A stretch of 63,425 bases of DNA. Origin: an uncultured Balneolaceae bacterium. Lineage in GTDB: Bacteria; Bacteroidota; Rhodothermia; Balneolales; Balneolaceae. The notes under the pieces were generated by a model. The model ran no database searches. It saw only the letters and a program-made list of their open reading frames with translations, and had not been told where the DNA came from. The stretch lies in contig CAYQXO010000001.1 in the NCBI GenBank assembly GCA_964421495.1, positions 1 to 63,425 on the forward strand. The letters are read 5' to 3'. How positions within the stretch are numbered: position 1 is the stretch's first letter; each line of letters starts with the position of its first letter. A program made the translations under genes and the position numbers. Shown here piece by piece: positions 1 to 9,423 of this stretch.

Positions 1-1533
1 TATTATGCCGGGGGATACTTGTCAGCGGAAATCGACTCGATTCAGGTTACTCCACCTGAAAAGGGAAAAAACTCCTATATTGCGATAAACCGGGGATGCA
101 GATATGACATTTCCACTTTTCAGATAGATCCCGATACCCTGGCGGAAAGAAGAAACTACCAACCGTATCTCCAAGGTGCACCGTATTCGCGCGAGAAGAT
201 TGAACAGGAGTTGGATCGGCTGATCGAATTTTATGAGAATCGCGGTTATCCGCTCGTTCAAGTGCATGTGGATGAGGTTCGGCGGGACCCGGAAGCTTGC
301 GCCGCCGGACTGAAAATTCGAGTTGAGGCGGGCGAGCGGATGCGGGTGGACGGGCTGCTGTTGCCGTCATTGGAAAATGTGGATCCCGATTATATCCGAC
401 GGGCCAGCGGGGTCGCCGATTCGGCACTGATTACCCCCGCACTCTTGCAATCAACCCGGGATCGCCTGATGAATACCGGCTTTTTCAGAAGGGTGGGAGA
501 ACCGGAGATTGTGATTCAAGGGGATAAAACCTATATACAGCTTCCGCTTACAGAACGTAATCCAAACCTGTTTGATTTGGTGATCGGCTATAATCCCCAG
601 GCGGAAAATGGCGGGTCCGTTGTGGGAGACGGTCAGTTGCACATACGAAATATCTTTTGGCCGGGTAGTACGACCCGCCTGCAATTCGAGCGGCTGAGGC
701 GCCTGGTTACCAAACTGAACGTGGCATTTCAAAGGGATTGGATTATGGGGATGCCGTTGGGGGCCGGGATTGACTTTAAATTTCTGCAACAGGATACTAC
801 CTATCAGGTGCGTAATCTGTCTCTCAGGGGATCGTATGCGCTTACCGGCAATACGAGGATCAGCGGACAATTACGCCGGAAGGTTTCGGTGGGCAACGAG
901 AGTCTTCGTGACATCTCCAACGTGCTGGATGCCGAGGGACTTTATGGCGGGCTTGGAGTGGAATATCAGAAACTCGATGATCCATTAACGCCCACCCGGG
1001 GAATCGAATTCTCGGTCGACCTGCAAACCGGGGTAAAGAGGGTCACCGATGAACGGGCGGAGACCGATAGTATCGACAACCGTATCCCTCAGCGTATGTT
1101 TGAGTTTGACATCCAGCCCTACCTGCCGGTTTTCCGGCGACAAATTCTGACCATGACACTCCACGGCTACTTGCTGGATGCCCGACAGATAACGGAGAGT
1201 GATATGACCCGCTTCGGCGGCGCGCAGTCGCTCAGGGGATATCGGGAAGATCAGTTTCGGGCCTCCCGGGTGGTCTGGGGTGAACTGGAATATCGCTATT
1301 TGATTGATCCCACCACGTATGGATTTGTCTTCGGAGGGGCGGGTACCTATCACCGCCCGAAGCTGGTCACGGAAGCCGGTGACGAAAATGAGGTTACCGG
1401 CTGGCTCTATTCCTGGGGACTGGGATTCTCCTACAATACCCAAATCGGAAGATTACGGTTCTCGTATGCTATATCCCCCGAAGACGCCATCAGCAATGGG
1501 AAGGTGCATTTCGGTATTGTGGCCGATTTGTAG
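1..1533 (+). CDS. Omp85/BamA-family outer-membrane protein (POTRA plus surface-antigen barrel), truncated at the 5' window edge
   Basis: Frame 1 is open from nt 1 (YYAGGYLSAEID...), so the listed TTG at nt 19 is not the true start. A POTRA-like segment (REKIEQELDRLIEFYENRGYPLVQV) is followed by a long beta-rich C-terminal half typical of D15/Omp85 barrels. Confidence 0.7.
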   Translation, partial: YYAGGYLSAEIDSIQVTPPEKGKNSYIAINRGCRYDISTFQIDPDTLAERRNYQPYLQGAPYSREKIEQELDRLIEFYENRGYPLVQVHVDEVRRDPEACAAGLKIRVEAGERMRVDGLLLPSLENVDPDYIRRASGVADSALITPALLQSTRDRLMNTGFFRRVGEPEIVIQGDKTYIQLPLTERNPNLFDLVIGYNPQAENGGSVVGDGQLHIRNIFWPGSTTRLQFERLRRLVTKLNVAFQRDWIMGMPLGAGIDFKFLQQDTTYQVRNLSLRGSYALTGNTRISGQLRRKVSVGNESLRDISNVLDAEGLYGGLGVEYQKLDDPLTPTRGIEFSVDLQTGVKRVTDERAETDSIDNRIPQRMFEFDIQPYLPVFRRQILTMTLHGYLLDARQITESDMTRFGGAQSLRGYREDQFRASRVVWGELEYRYLIDPTTYGFVFGGAGTYHRPKLVTEAGDENEVTGWLYSWGLGFSYNTQIGRLRFSYAISPEDAISNGKVHFGIVADL

Positions 1534-1547
1534 GTGGTATCCAGTAT

Positions 1548-1589
1548 TCTGTCGGACTTTTCGGATCGTAGCGAAAAAAGTCCGACAGA
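1548..1589. repeat. Hairpin repeat element, copy 1 (14-bp perfect stem, conserved loop TTCGGATCGTAGCGA)
   Basis: TCTGTCGGACTTTT (1548-1561) is the exact reverse complement of AAAAGTCCGACAGA (1576-1589). The loop and most of the stem recur at 11757-11800. Confidence 0.8.
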
Positions 1590-1674
1590 CTCCCGGGCAG
1601 CCAAAACGGGGATGAGTGAAAATGACAGTGTGGAATCGAAAATTGTATTGAATTGGAAATGGAAGCGATAGCGC

Positions 1675-3237
1675 ATGCAATTTATGATGTTTGATTCATT
1701 AAAGCGCATATGGCATAGGAATATAAAAACCTATCCAAATCCCCAGAACTTTCAGTGGACCCGGTGGTTGTTGCTCCGGGGACTGGGCGGCATCGCCCTG
1801 ATTGCCTTTGTTTCGTTCTGGGTTCAGCTGGAGGGGCTCGTCGGTCCGCAGGGCATACTGCCGGCCGATTCATTTTTACAGCGAGTGAGCGAACAACTGG
1901 GTGCCGAACGTTATTTTCGGTTCCCGACCCTCGCCTGGCTCGATGCGAGCGGCTTCACGTTGCATTTGATGGCGGGACTGGGTGTCATCGCTTCCCTGAT
2001 GCTGTTGTTTAATATCGCTCCCGCTTTATCGGTATTTCTGGTGTGGTTGCTGTATTTGTCGCTTTGCGTCGTCGGACAGGTATTCATGCAGTACCAGTGG
2101 GATAATCTACTCATCGAGACCAGCTTCTTGGCCATTTTTATTGCTCCCTGGCAATGGTGGCCCCGCCGGGCTCAAACCACGAAGGTCAACCCGGTGAGTG
2201 TATGGCTGTTCCGGCTGCTGCTGTTTAAGTTGATTTTTGCCTCGGGGTTGGTGAAACTGGCGAGCGGAGATCCGACATGGAGCGGTTTTACCGCCTTGAC
2301 CTATCATTTCTTCACCCAGCCGCTGCCGACTGTTTTCGGTTGGCTTGCCCATCAGTTGCCCGATTGGATATTAAAGGGGATGACTTTTCTGTCGCTTGCT
2401 ATCGAAATTGCAGTGCCTTTTCTCATCGTTACCACGCGCCGATTGCGACAGGTGGCCGGTTATGTAATTGGCGCGTTAATGGTGCTGATTGGCTTGACGG
2501 GTAATTACGGTTTTTTCAACTTGCTGGGGCTGTTGCTCTGCATATCCCTTTTCGATGATCGAGCCTTCCGAAACATGGTCGATTTTATAAAGGGTAAGAT
2601 TGGTATGGGAGGAATGAGTATAGCTTTCGCTTCCCCGTCGCAATCGGAATTCTCCATAAAGCGATATGCGATGTACCTTTATCTGGCTTTATACCTCGTG
2701 GTTAGTCTTATTCAGTTGACCAATATAACCGGGAAAAGGGGATGGATTCCGGAATGGGGCAAAAAAGTGAACGAAACGGTCCGCGCCACGAGAACCATCA
2801 ACAGTTACGGGCTTTTTGCCAACATGACCACGGAACGACCCGAGATTGTGGTTCAGGGCAGCCGGGATGGACGAACATGGAAAACGTATCGTTTCAAATA
2901 TAAAGCGGGTGCATTGGATGAAGCCCCAACCTGGGCGCAACCCCATATGCCGCGGTTGGATTGGCAGATGTGGTTTGCGGCCCTCGGGAATTATCGTCAG
3001 AATCCGTGGTTTATGCAGTTTTTGGTCAAGTTGCTACAGGATCGAGATCCCGTGCTGGATTTAATCGAAAAAAATCCCTTTCCCGATCGTCCTCCGCAGT
3101 ATATCCGGGCGATTGAATACAACTACAAGTTTACTACGCTGACCCAATGGTGGCAATACGGCCGTTGGTGGGAGCGAGAGCAACAGCAGATGTACGTACC
3201 CGCTTTCTCGTTGCAGCAATTGAGGCGGAACCGCTAA
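1675..3237 (+). CDS. Lipase maturation factor (LMF1-like) family integral membrane protein
   Basis: ATG start. Multi-pass membrane protein carrying the LMF-type motif YQWDNLLIETSFLAIF and a Trp-rich C-terminal soluble part. Confidence 0.65.
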   Translation: MQFMMFDSLKRIWHRNIKTYPNPQNFQWTRWLLLRGLGGIALIAFVSFWVQLEGLVGPQGILPADSFLQRVSEQLGAERYFRFPTLAWLDASGFTLHLMAGLGVIASLMLLFNIAPALSVFLVWLLYLSLCVVGQVFMQYQWDNLLIETSFLAIFIAPWQWWPRRAQTTKVNPVSVWLFRLLLFKLIFASGLVKLASGDPTWSGFTALTYHFFTQPLPTVFGWLAHQLPDWILKGMTFLSLAIEIAVPFLIVTTRRLRQVAGYVIGALMVLIGLTGNYGFFNLLGLLLCISLFDDRAFRNMVDFIKGKIGMGGMSIAFASPSQSEFSIKRYAMYLYLALYLVVSLIQLTNITGKRGWIPEWGKKVNETVRATRTINSYGLFANMTTERPEIVVQGSRDGRTWKTYRFKYKAGALDEAPTWAQPHMPRLDWQMWFAALGNYRQNPWFMQFLVKLLQDRDPVLDLIEKNPFPDRPPQYIRAIEYNYKFTTLTQWWQYGRWWEREQQQMYVPAFSLQQLRRNR

Positions 3238-3281
3238 TTACAATGGGAAAAAGTACATAGTTGTAGTTTCCCTCTAAGATG

Positions 3282-5906
3282 TTACAAGCTCAATTTCGCG
3301 CCGATCTGCAGTTGAAAACCGGGTAGATGCCGGCGGGGGTCGAGGTGCTGGAATACATCCTGAAAATTGAGAAATTGACCCGTTTCGGGATCCCGGTCTC
3401 CAACCTTGTAGGGTTGGCCGGTATCGTGATTAAATCCGAAGTCGGGGTTTACGTTGGTCTGGTTGAACAGGTTGATCGTTTCCACAAAAAGGGTGGTTCC
3501 CACTCCATCCCAATGGAAACGCTTGGTGAACTTGAGGTCGGTGCGCATGCGGTAGTCGGTGGTGGAGCTATTCCATTGCTGGATTGTTTCTGAAATTTCG
3601 GTCGTGTACGGGGTGTAGGGGACGCCGGAATCGTATTTCCAGAGGAGGGACAAGTTCCAGCCGGACGGCAGACCGAGTCCGAATAACTGCAGCGGATCCC
3701 CGGAGGGAGACTGCAACCGGGACTGGAGGACCACCTGGTGCCTCCGATTCCAATTCAATGGGTGACCTGATACGGTACGGGGGATATCGTTTCTAAAGGT
3801 AAAAGGATTATTGTTCTGCGTTTCGAACAGGTTAAAGCCCGGATTATATAATCGATTGCCCTCGGCCCATTGAACGGCGTATTGGCCGGACAGTTTAAAA
3901 TGTGGGGTAGGATTCCAGTTAGTGCCAATTTCCGCTCCCCAGATGCGTGATTTTCCCTCATCTCTAAAGGTAGTGGTAGGAATGTGCGAGCCTAAAACCG
4001 TGATTGCATTTGGCAGCCCCTCCACCTCTTTGTGATATCCGGTTAAATTAAGCCGGAGATGGGGGAGTATTCTATGATTCATTCCGAATTCAAATTGTTC
4101 CGTTGTTATATAATCGAGGGATGGATTGCCGACCAGTCCGCCTGAAAAGGGATCGCGGTATAAGTACTGAAGTTCCGGCATTTGATTAAAGTGACCGTAA
4201 GAGAAGTAAAAGGAGGATTGATCGTAGGGATACTGGATGGTAACGCGGGGACTGAGGGCACGTGTGGTCTGGTGAAATTTTGGCTCTCCGTGCTCGACGT
4301 AATCGAAAAGAGAGGAGGAAGTTGCATTTTTCAGGGCTTCACGATATTCCTGATCATTAATGCTTGATCCCCGGTCAAAACGATCCAGCCGCAGACCGGC
4401 CCGTACTTTTAAATCCTCCAGTTGAAGCTGATATTGGAGATAACCGAACATCTTCCCGGGATTCGTTTGAAAAAAAGAACGGTACGAGCCAAAAAAGGAA
4501 TAGGGACCGGGTGGCGGGGAAATTACCCGTGTAAAGTCTACCCCTCTTAATTCCTGTTGTCCATAGGGACTCAGGCTTGTGGCTCCATGCATGATTTGGC
4601 CGTAATCCAGTTCCATGCTTTGTGTACCTGCTCCAATCGTAAACCGGTGTACGCCAAACCAGGGGGATTTATAATGTCCCTGGAACGTATTCACTGCTGT
4701 TTCTTCCCTTTGCCATATATCCTGGATGGAGCCCGAGTCGACAAATCCGCTAAAGAGATCCGTTCGCCGGTCGCGGGGATTAAATTGAATCGGTTCCACG
4801 ATGGATCGCATGGAGTCCGTACCCACATTGATCCAGTAGTCCCCTATATTCCGCTTGCCGGCATCCGCCTCATAATGATTGTCCAGATAACTAAAAGAGA
4901 ATTCCAGTCGGGACCTATTTTCCCATTTGTGTTGGTATGAGAGATTCAGGTGATGGGTTCGACGATCGAAGTCGGCCAGTTGATCCGGATAAAAATTCCA
5001 CACCCAGCTGAATTCGTGCCACTGACTCCAATAACCGTTATAATTCAGCCGAAGACGTTGATCAGAAGTTAATTGGTAGTTCGCCGTAGCATTGAGATTG
5101 GACCGGTTTTCCTGGTGGGCGGTCAGGGGAATACTCAAAACGGAGTAATCGGGTTTGGAGGATTTCGCCATATGGTAGGGCGTATCCGACAAATCGAATC
5201 CCCCGGAGAGTGCGACCTGGAATTTATTCGTGAAGGGGGCCAAATCACCGGCAAAAAAGGTCAGTCGGTTGCGATCAAAGGAGTTGTGTCCAAACTGATC
5301 GCTGCCCATTTTGTAGCCGGTCTCCAGGGTAAATTCGTTGCCGGGTTTCCGCATTTCCATGTTGACGATACCCGATTGAGCTTGCCCGTAGCGGACCGGC
5401 GCTACTCCTTTGTAGAACTTGACAGATTGTACACTTGAGAGATTTAGATTCAACAGGTTCCTGCCTCCGTAGAGCGGGTGCTGGACGGGAGATCCCTCAA
5501 TTAAATATTGTATCTGATTGGGACGACTCCCGCGAAAATGTACGCTGGAAAGACTTTGGTCGCGGGTGCGAAGTTGGTCCCGGGTAGAGGATTGCCTGTA
5601 AAAAAGATCCGGCTCTTCCCCAACGATGGCAGCTCCGCTTTCAAGCTGGAACAGGTCATTGATATTTTCCATGCCGGGTAAGCGGATCACGTCCTTTCGT
5701 TTATACAGATTAACAGAAGGTATTTCCTCCGCTGTGCTATCCGGTGTATCTACCGTTAATAATTCAGTAGGGGAGTGGGCAGATTTGTGGGAATGATCGG
5801 CGGTTTGAGCGTAAATTTGGTTATGTGTTTTAGGGTCCAAGACCGTTATGATAAGAATGCATAATATAAATAGCCGATATAACATGAGTAACCGTAAAGT
5901 TGGCAT
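3282..5906 (-). CDS. TonB-dependent-receptor-like outer-membrane barrel with plug domain
   Basis: ATG start and signal peptide. Plug-like segment (FRGSRPNQIQYLIEGSPVQHPLYGG...VKFYKGVAPVRYGQAQSGIVNM) followed by about 650 aa of beta-rich sequence. Confidence 0.75.
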   Translation of the reverse strand: MPTLRLLMLYRLFILCILIITVLDPKTHNQIYAQTADHSHKSAHSPTELLTVDTPDSTAEEIPSVNLYKRKDVIRLPGMENINDLFQLESGAAIVGEEPDLFYRQSSTRDQLRTRDQSLSSVHFRGSRPNQIQYLIEGSPVQHPLYGGRNLLNLNLSSVQSVKFYKGVAPVRYGQAQSGIVNMEMRKPGNEFTLETGYKMGSDQFGHNSFDRNRLTFFAGDLAPFTNKFQVALSGGFDLSDTPYHMAKSSKPDYSVLSIPLTAHQENRSNLNATANYQLTSDQRLRLNYNGYWSQWHEFSWVWNFYPDQLADFDRRTHHLNLSYQHKWENRSRLEFSFSYLDNHYEADAGKRNIGDYWINVGTDSMRSIVEPIQFNPRDRRTDLFSGFVDSGSIQDIWQREETAVNTFQGHYKSPWFGVHRFTIGAGTQSMELDYGQIMHGATSLSPYGQQELRGVDFTRVISPPPGPYSFFGSYRSFFQTNPGKMFGYLQYQLQLEDLKVRAGLRLDRFDRGSSINDQEYREALKNATSSSLFDYVEHGEPKFHQTTRALSPRVTIQYPYDQSSFYFSYGHFNQMPELQYLYRDPFSGGLVGNPSLDYITTEQFEFGMNHRILPHLRLNLTGYHKEVEGLPNAITVLGSHIPTTTFRDEGKSRIWGAEIGTNWNPTPHFKLSGQYAVQWAEGNRLYNPGFNLFETQNNNPFTFRNDIPRTVSGHPLNWNRRHQVVLQSRLQSPSGDPLQLFGLGLPSGWNLSLLWKYDSGVPYTPYTTEISETIQQWNSSTTDYRMRTDLKFTKRFHWDGVGTTLFVETINLFNQTNVNPDFGFNHDTGQPYKVGDRDPETGQFLNFQDVFQHLDPRRHLPGFQLQIGAKLSL

Positions 5907-5989
5907 TATTTTTTTCTCTTACTTTCCGTTACAACAAATCTATTATCCAAGGATGTTCAATATTCGTTACGTGTGTGTTGCCCGAAGTC

Positions 5990-7912
5990 TCATAAAATAA
6001 TTACAAATTTACCGGTTTTGGTGTCACCGTTTTCCTGATTCTCAACCGTATATAGATAAATACCGCTGCTTACCTGTTCGCCCTCCTTATTGGTCAGATT
6101 CCACCCTTTGATTCCCTTATTTTCGTCGTGATGTTGCAAGGATTTGACCTTTCGACCCGACAAGGTGAATATATTAATCGTTGCACGAGCCGGCAGGTTA
6201 ATGAATAGAAGACGGCGGTCAGCCGGCAGCCATACCTCCCGGACAGCAGGGGGCTTTTCCCAGGGATTATCGCCGCGGTGATAGTCCAGGTCTCCCCGGT
6301 ATGGATTGGGGACGACGGACACACTGTCCAGGTTCTGGCGAGGTTCCGTATCGGCAATGATAGTCCAGCTATTGGTGCTGGTAATTTCGGATTCGAGCGG
6401 TGGAAATCCCAGGACGGTATCCTCCCGCGTATAGGCGGTAACTGCATAATGATATTCCTGGTAGGACGACAAATTTCGGTCAACGAATTCGTACTGCAGG
6501 CCGGTGTTAGGACTCAGGCGGTTATTCGGTCGGTCATATTGGGCCAACAACGTCCAATCGGGATTTCTATGCCGGTCGCCGGTCGTTTTGTACACCCGGT
6601 ACCCTTCGAAAGGTTTTTCGGCTCCGTCGAGTCGGTGAGGATCGGTATAGGTTTCGACCTCGTCGGACCATTGGATAATGGCTTTATTGTCCTCCGTTTC
6701 GACCGATATTTCAGGGGAGGGAGGAGGTTCAGGCAGTTCAAAGCCTTGCTCGTGCAGTTTTCTGAGCAGGGATCCATAACGGCGGACCGTCTGAGCGTCG
6801 CTCCCCAGGCTGAGCGCGATGCGAAACTGCAGGGTATCGCCGACCGCAATATCGAAAGGTCCCATGGCATGGAGGTACGGCCGGGTGGTTGAGGTGTCCG
6901 CCGGGTGATCGTCGATATTACCGCTGCTCATAGCCTTGTACCGGTCGGCGTCGTTATAAAGTCCGAGGTTGCCGCCGGAGGAGGCGTGCCACGACCAGGT
7001 AAGGGATTGGGCATTCGTATCAGGCAGGATCTGAGTGCCGATGGCAGAGCCGCCCGACCTGCCGGGAAGGTTGGAATCATGGGTGATTACCTGTTTTTGC
7101 TCCTGGTTGTAACGAATTCGGTCCACACCGCCGGCCTCATCGGATCCGTCGGTAACCCGTTCAATAACGGGAGCAAAGTATGAGGCTATGAATACGTCTT
7201 CGAGGGGGAATTGCGTGGGGGTCACCCGATAGTTGACTACAATAACATTGTCCAGGGGATGGAGGGAATTCCCGTGGCGTAATTCCGGAGTATGGGGTGG
7301 AAGATTTGCAGGATTCGGGGAGTATCCCCAGGAGTAACTTATTTGATACACATCCACATACAAAGGATCGTGATTCGCGTTTTGTCGGGCAGACGGATTA
7401 TAATCATTATAGCGCGTCAGCAGGTCCTGGTGGGAGAAAGGCTCATAGGATTGATAGAAATAATCGGGTGGGGGATTGAATTCATTATGGTGGGTCCGAT
7501 TCGATTCGAACCTGAAAACGCCATCATCTGGATGATCACTGTACCCGTTAAATTCACGATTCGCACTTAAAAATGGAATATGAGTGGTGGTAACCAAGGT
7601 ATCTCCCTGGGGAGTAATGCCTCCAATCCACCATCCCCCGGAACTTATATGCTCGATATCGCTTCCTTTTGGGAATTCGGTGTTTAGTAAATCTGGTATA
7701 TAAATTAATCCCCGGGCGTTGAAACTGCCTGAGTTATTGATGAACTGTTGTACCCGCCCCACGTCGTGCAGAGCGAAATCTTCCGTAATGAATTGGGCTT
7801 TGCTCACATCCGGGTAAACGGTACTGAGAAGGAGAGCAATCCCACACCATTTAAAAAACGTAAATATGCGAGATGTTAGCGTGGGAATAGATCGACCGAC
7901 TCCAAATGGCAT
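5990..7912 (-). CDS. Secreted protein with an FN3-like module and a T9SS C-terminal sorting domain
   Basis: ATG start and signal/anchor. The C-terminus (INIFTLSGRKVKSL...SSGIYLYTVENQENGDTKTGKFVIIL) matches the type-A Por/T9SS sorting-domain pattern. Same strand as, and directly upstream of, the barrel gene. Confidence 0.65.
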   Translation of the reverse strand: MPFGVGRSIPTLTSRIFTFFKWCGIALLLSTVYPDVSKAQFITEDFALHDVGRVQQFINNSGSFNARGLIYIPDLLNTEFPKGSDIEHISSGGWWIGGITPQGDTLVTTTHIPFLSANREFNGYSDHPDDGVFRFESNRTHHNEFNPPPDYFYQSYEPFSHQDLLTRYNDYNPSARQNANHDPLYVDVYQISYSWGYSPNPANLPPHTPELRHGNSLHPLDNVIVVNYRVTPTQFPLEDVFIASYFAPVIERVTDGSDEAGGVDRIRYNQEQKQVITHDSNLPGRSGGSAIGTQILPDTNAQSLTWSWHASSGGNLGLYNDADRYKAMSSGNIDDHPADTSTTRPYLHAMGPFDIAVGDTLQFRIALSLGSDAQTVRRYGSLLRKLHEQGFELPEPPPSPEISVETEDNKAIIQWSDEVETYTDPHRLDGAEKPFEGYRVYKTTGDRHRNPDWTLLAQYDRPNNRLSPNTGLQYEFVDRNLSSYQEYHYAVTAYTREDTVLGFPPLESEITSTNSWTIIADTEPRQNLDSVSVVPNPYRGDLDYHRGDNPWEKPPAVREVWLPADRRLLFINLPARATINIFTLSGRKVKSLQHHDENKGIKGWNLTNKEGEQVSSGIYLYTVENQENGDTKTGKFVIIL

Positions 7913-8275
7913 AAATATTAATGATTTTTTCTATTTGCATCTCATTACATTACCTCTAAAAGCTAATGTAAATATGTATAAATAATTGTATGCCAGTAAA
8001 TTATGGGATATATATAATGTGTAATTTATATATATGACATCGATATTTTATCTCTTGACCGCGTATACTTTGTAATTGGGTCAGTTAATCCAAGTTGGCA
8101 TTCGAGTACTTTAAAAATGCCTCCTTTTGTTACCGGGTCGTTATCTATCTCTCTTAAAGCTGAACAGTTAGATATTTTTGTTAGTTCCTTTTTGGTATCG
8201 GACTCATAAATCTCTTGTCTATCAGCCGCAAGTTCTTTTAATTAAACTATTGAATCCCAACTAAAAATTTTTGAC

Positions 8276-8590
8276 ATGAAAACGCTCAGAGTATTTCCCC
8301 TTTTCCTCGGTATTTTGTTTTTCATAGCTGCATGCGGTGGCGAGACGGATGTAGTTGAATCCGGTACCTATGCAGGCACGATACAAAAAGTAGTTCCTGA
8401 AGAATCTGAAATTTATGTGCAGATCGAAGACGGTAAAAAACTGGAATTGTACTTTATTGACGAGACGACGTTGACCCGCAATGGTGCGGAGGTTTCGTTC
8501 AGCGAGTTGGAAAAAGGCCAACAAGTTGAGGTGAAGGTCGAAAAAGTCGGGAAGCGACTGGATCCGCTGGCGGTTCGCATCCTCGAATAA
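8276..8590 (+). CDS. Small lipoprotein, function unknown
   Basis: ATG start. Signal peptide ending in the lipobox-like FIAAC-GG. Its stop overlaps the next start (TAATG). Confidence 0.6.
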   Translation: MKTLRVFPLFLGILFFIAACGGETDVVESGTYAGTIQKVVPEESEIYVQIEDGKKLELYFIDETTLTRNGAEVSFSELEKGQQVEVKVEKVGKRLDPLAVRILE

Positions 8591-9093
8591 TGAATGCCCT
8601 GCCCGACATATGGAGGGTGGAGTTGTGGCATCCCCTGACGGTTCATTTCCCGATTGTCCTGTTGATAGGGGCGATGCTGGCTCGTTTGGCCTCCCGCTTT
8701 CTGGATGCGAGTTCCGAATGGGTCGTTAAAATGAGTCGCGTTCTACTGTTTGGCGGTACTATTTTTGCCTGGCTTGCCGTGTACACGGGCAGTCTCGCAG
8801 ATGCCGAAGTCGTTCGTTCCATGTGCGATCCCACGGTGCTGGAGGTTCATGAAAATCTCTCGTACTCCGTGGGCTGGATATTTACGGCAGCTGCCATACT
8901 GGATGTAATATATATGTTTTCGCCCGGCGTGTTGGAGAGCATTCGCACATCCTGGAAGGAGTGGATACTCATCGGTTTGCTGCTGGTCGGGACCGGATAC
9001 CTGACCTATACCTCTCATCTGGGAGTGCGCCTCGTATATCAGCAGGCGGCCGGGGTGTATCAACCCGCCGAGGATTGTCGCAACTTTGAATGA
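8590..9093 (+). CDS. DUF2231-like membrane protein
   Basis: N-terminal WHPLTVHFPIVLL motif and four predicted TM segments. Translationally coupled to the upstream lipoprotein gene. Confidence 0.55.
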   Translation: MNALPDIWRVELWHPLTVHFPIVLLIGAMLARLASRFLDASSEWVVKMSRVLLFGGTIFAWLAVYTGSLADAEVVRSMCDPTVLEVHENLSYSVGWIFTAAAILDVIYMFSPGVLESIRTSWKEWILIGLLLVGTGYLTYTSHLGVRLVYQQAAGVYQPAEDCRNFE

Positions 9094-9423
9094 AATGGAG
9101 TAAGAAGTTTTTGCATCTCGTTCCGAATCTTTTCTACGTTCAACGGTGGGGTGATTCGTGTCAAGTGTTCGGGGACCCTCCTTTTTGTAAAAGCCTCTCT
9201 TCTTATTCATATGCAGCTCGATAAATCTGCCTTTTAAAACGGCATTATGAATCGCCTTCCTTTTCTATAGAATTCCATCCCGTTAGATAAAAAATGTGTA
9301 ACCGGACCCGTCCGGTTGGTATCTAATGGGTGCCGTTCAACATTAAAATAATGGGTCAATATTTGTGATCCCGTCATTTGAGGTCTCTATAAATGACGGG
9401 ATTAAACCTCCATCGGGATCAAT

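Noticed and set aside
8026-8241. A 71-codon open frame on the minus strand in the AT-rich spacer, with protein-like composition (LKELAADRQEIYESDTKKEL...).
   Set aside because: It is preceded directly by an in-frame TAA. It has no ATG, GTG or TTG until the last four codons, so it cannot be a functional gene as it stands. It may be a relic of a degraded gene, but I cannot support that from sequence alone.
9300-9317. The palindrome AACCGGAC-CC-GTCCGGTT downstream of the DUF2231 gene, as a possible terminator.
   Set aside because: It lies about 200 nt past the stop. The loop is too short as drawn, and the T-tract is on the opposite strand, where no gene ends.
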